Shown here piece by piece: positions 40,792-42,251 of a DNA stretch of 42,251 bases. The stretch comes from Amoebidium appalachense. Taxonomy: Eukaryota > Protista > Ichthyosporea. Both the position numbers and the translations under genes were made by a program. Under the pieces are notes generated by a model. That model worked only from the letters and a program-made list of their open reading frames with translations. It ran no database searches and was not told the DNA's origin. Location of the stretch: assembly GCA_963693365.1 (NCBI GenBank), contig CAVNZM010000009.1, forward strand, positions 10,704,969 to 10,747,219, written 5' to 3'. How positions within the stretch are numbered: the first letter of the stretch is position 1; each line of letters opens with the position of its first letter.

Positions 40792-41627
40792 AACTGTTCG
40801 TGTGGAGCCAGAACACGCACACCTTGGCCAACACAACCAACACAGCATAAAGTATCGTAATGTACGCACACCAACACAACCAACACACTTATTCGTAGCC
40901 AGAACTATACAAAAAACAGGAAACAGTTAAAAGAGCATCGTGGTTGGGTATGCTGAAAGCTTTTTGACAAGGAAAAGTGTTAGAGTTGCTAGCACTCAAC
41001 CTAGGCCCATGCAAAAGTAGGGAAAACTCATTGCCAAATCAGTCATCACTCCAAACAGCCAGGCCAATGTTAACAGGAGCCGTATGAGCGCAGAGCACTT
41101 GGCTAAGATTAGATTAGATTTAGAGCCCGTTCGTGATATTTTGGGACAAGCTTTTGTTCATCAGTTCGAGCAGATCGTAGAGATAGTCTCAGCCATTTTT
41201 GAAGAAGGAGCTGCAAGCGTTCCTGTGCAAGCTTTGGGCATATATTTAGGTCCACAATGCGTGGATTCGGTGAAGCTTGCGCTGGGCTTGAGCTAGCAAC
41301 CCAGAGTACATGGCCTCCGAGTCTTCTCCAGACGAAATATCCACATGTTCGTTCCCAACCGCAGCGAACACGAAATACACCGGCGTCTTACTTGCCACTT
41401 CTATGTTCGTTTCACTGAACTTCGCTTGTTTGATCTCCTGCCTACTTCTCTGCATCTACTAGTACCATGCCCCTCTGAGTCTCTCATTTCTGCGCATGCT
41501 ATCGGCATCTTTCCCCACCTTTCACCTGAGACACACGGTTTCGTGTCTTTTTCTAGGCAAGCCTTCCCTCTCCCCACCCTTTCCCATCCCCCAACACATG
41601 CAAACACACACGCACACACTCAGTCTG

Positions 41628-41659
<32 letters not shown>

Positions 41660-41680
41660 CACACACACATCAGCAAACTT

Positions 41681-42251
41681 CCCGGCGGTATTGGCAATAT
41701 TGTGAGGCTATTATCTATTGCCAATATCGTAAAAATACCAGATTAATACTGAAGTAATATCAATTATCCATTGCCAATGTATTGCGAGTAGAGATTTTCT
41801 GTGGTAGAGACGCTATAGAAGTGTAATAGAACTGTAATATTGACGTAATATCGGCAACATATTTTGATATTATTGTCATACCATGCCGGGTCTACCACCA
41901 ATAACTATATACCGTATGAGTAATGTACTGGCAATATCTCAAAACGCGTGTACGTGTGCCTATTAACAATACAATTTCGATATTGTCAATGTATTTATTC
42001 GGTATTATACTATTGCTTGCGGAGTATTGTCAATAAGTTATGAATATATAAAATGTAGGATAATTTTGTGTCAAATTATGGTATTGTCCAACGTGGCAAG
42101 ACTATTGCCAATATATTATGAATGTATTATTCCTGACCATTTTGGGTTATTGGCAATATACCCAACACATATGTCCCATATGGCCGATACAAACATAACG
42201 TCGCTATTGGTTATAGGGTTGTGATATGCTTATAATAGGGTCTCAATACGG
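41681..42251. mobile_element. AT-rich repeat-rich segment, possible DNA-transposon/MITE terminus (runs to window end)
   Basis: Abrupt composition change; attg(g/c/t)caat-type motifs recur about 10 times; imperfect inverted repeat cccggcggtattggcaatatt (41681) versus attattgtcataccatgccggg (ends 41890). Confidence 0.4.

Noticed and set aside
41084-41455. Short ORFs 41084-41296 (+) and 41246-41455 (-)
   Set aside because: About 70 aa, overlapping on opposite strands, with no motifs or splice-consistent extension.

Overview
Intron-rich eukaryotic DNA packed with poly-G/poly-C tracts and (GT/CA)n microsatellites, which generate most of the spurious ORFs in the supplied track. A group-2-like septin and CTAAC/CTGAC branch sites near the acceptors suggest an opisthokont, possibly a unicellular holozoan (inference only). 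Manual phase-consistent splicing gives five protein-coding genes: (1) a ~16-exon receptor-like Ser/Thr-type kinase with signal peptide and one TM helix (minus, 17861 to ~7416); (2) ribosome assembly factor MRT4 (minus, 24904-21668); (3) head-to-head with MRT4, an 11-exon bacterial-type (Glk) glucokinase homologue (plus, 25431-32166); (4) a compact septin with atypical switch I and G3 motifs (minus, 38262-32908); (5) a PIGBOS1-like membrane microprotein (plus, 39136-39459). The most interesting feature is the glucokinase homologue. Its ATP-binding motifs are degenerate, its glucose-binding residues are intact, and it has a C-terminal hydrophobic tail, making it a candidate membrane-anchored glucose-sensing pseudoenzyme that shares a promoter with a ribosome-biogenesis gene. 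Also noted: a ~330-bp foldback near the left end, tandem arrays seeded on splice junctions and a stop codon, two GC-AG introns, and a gene-independent strand-composition switch near 19 kb.
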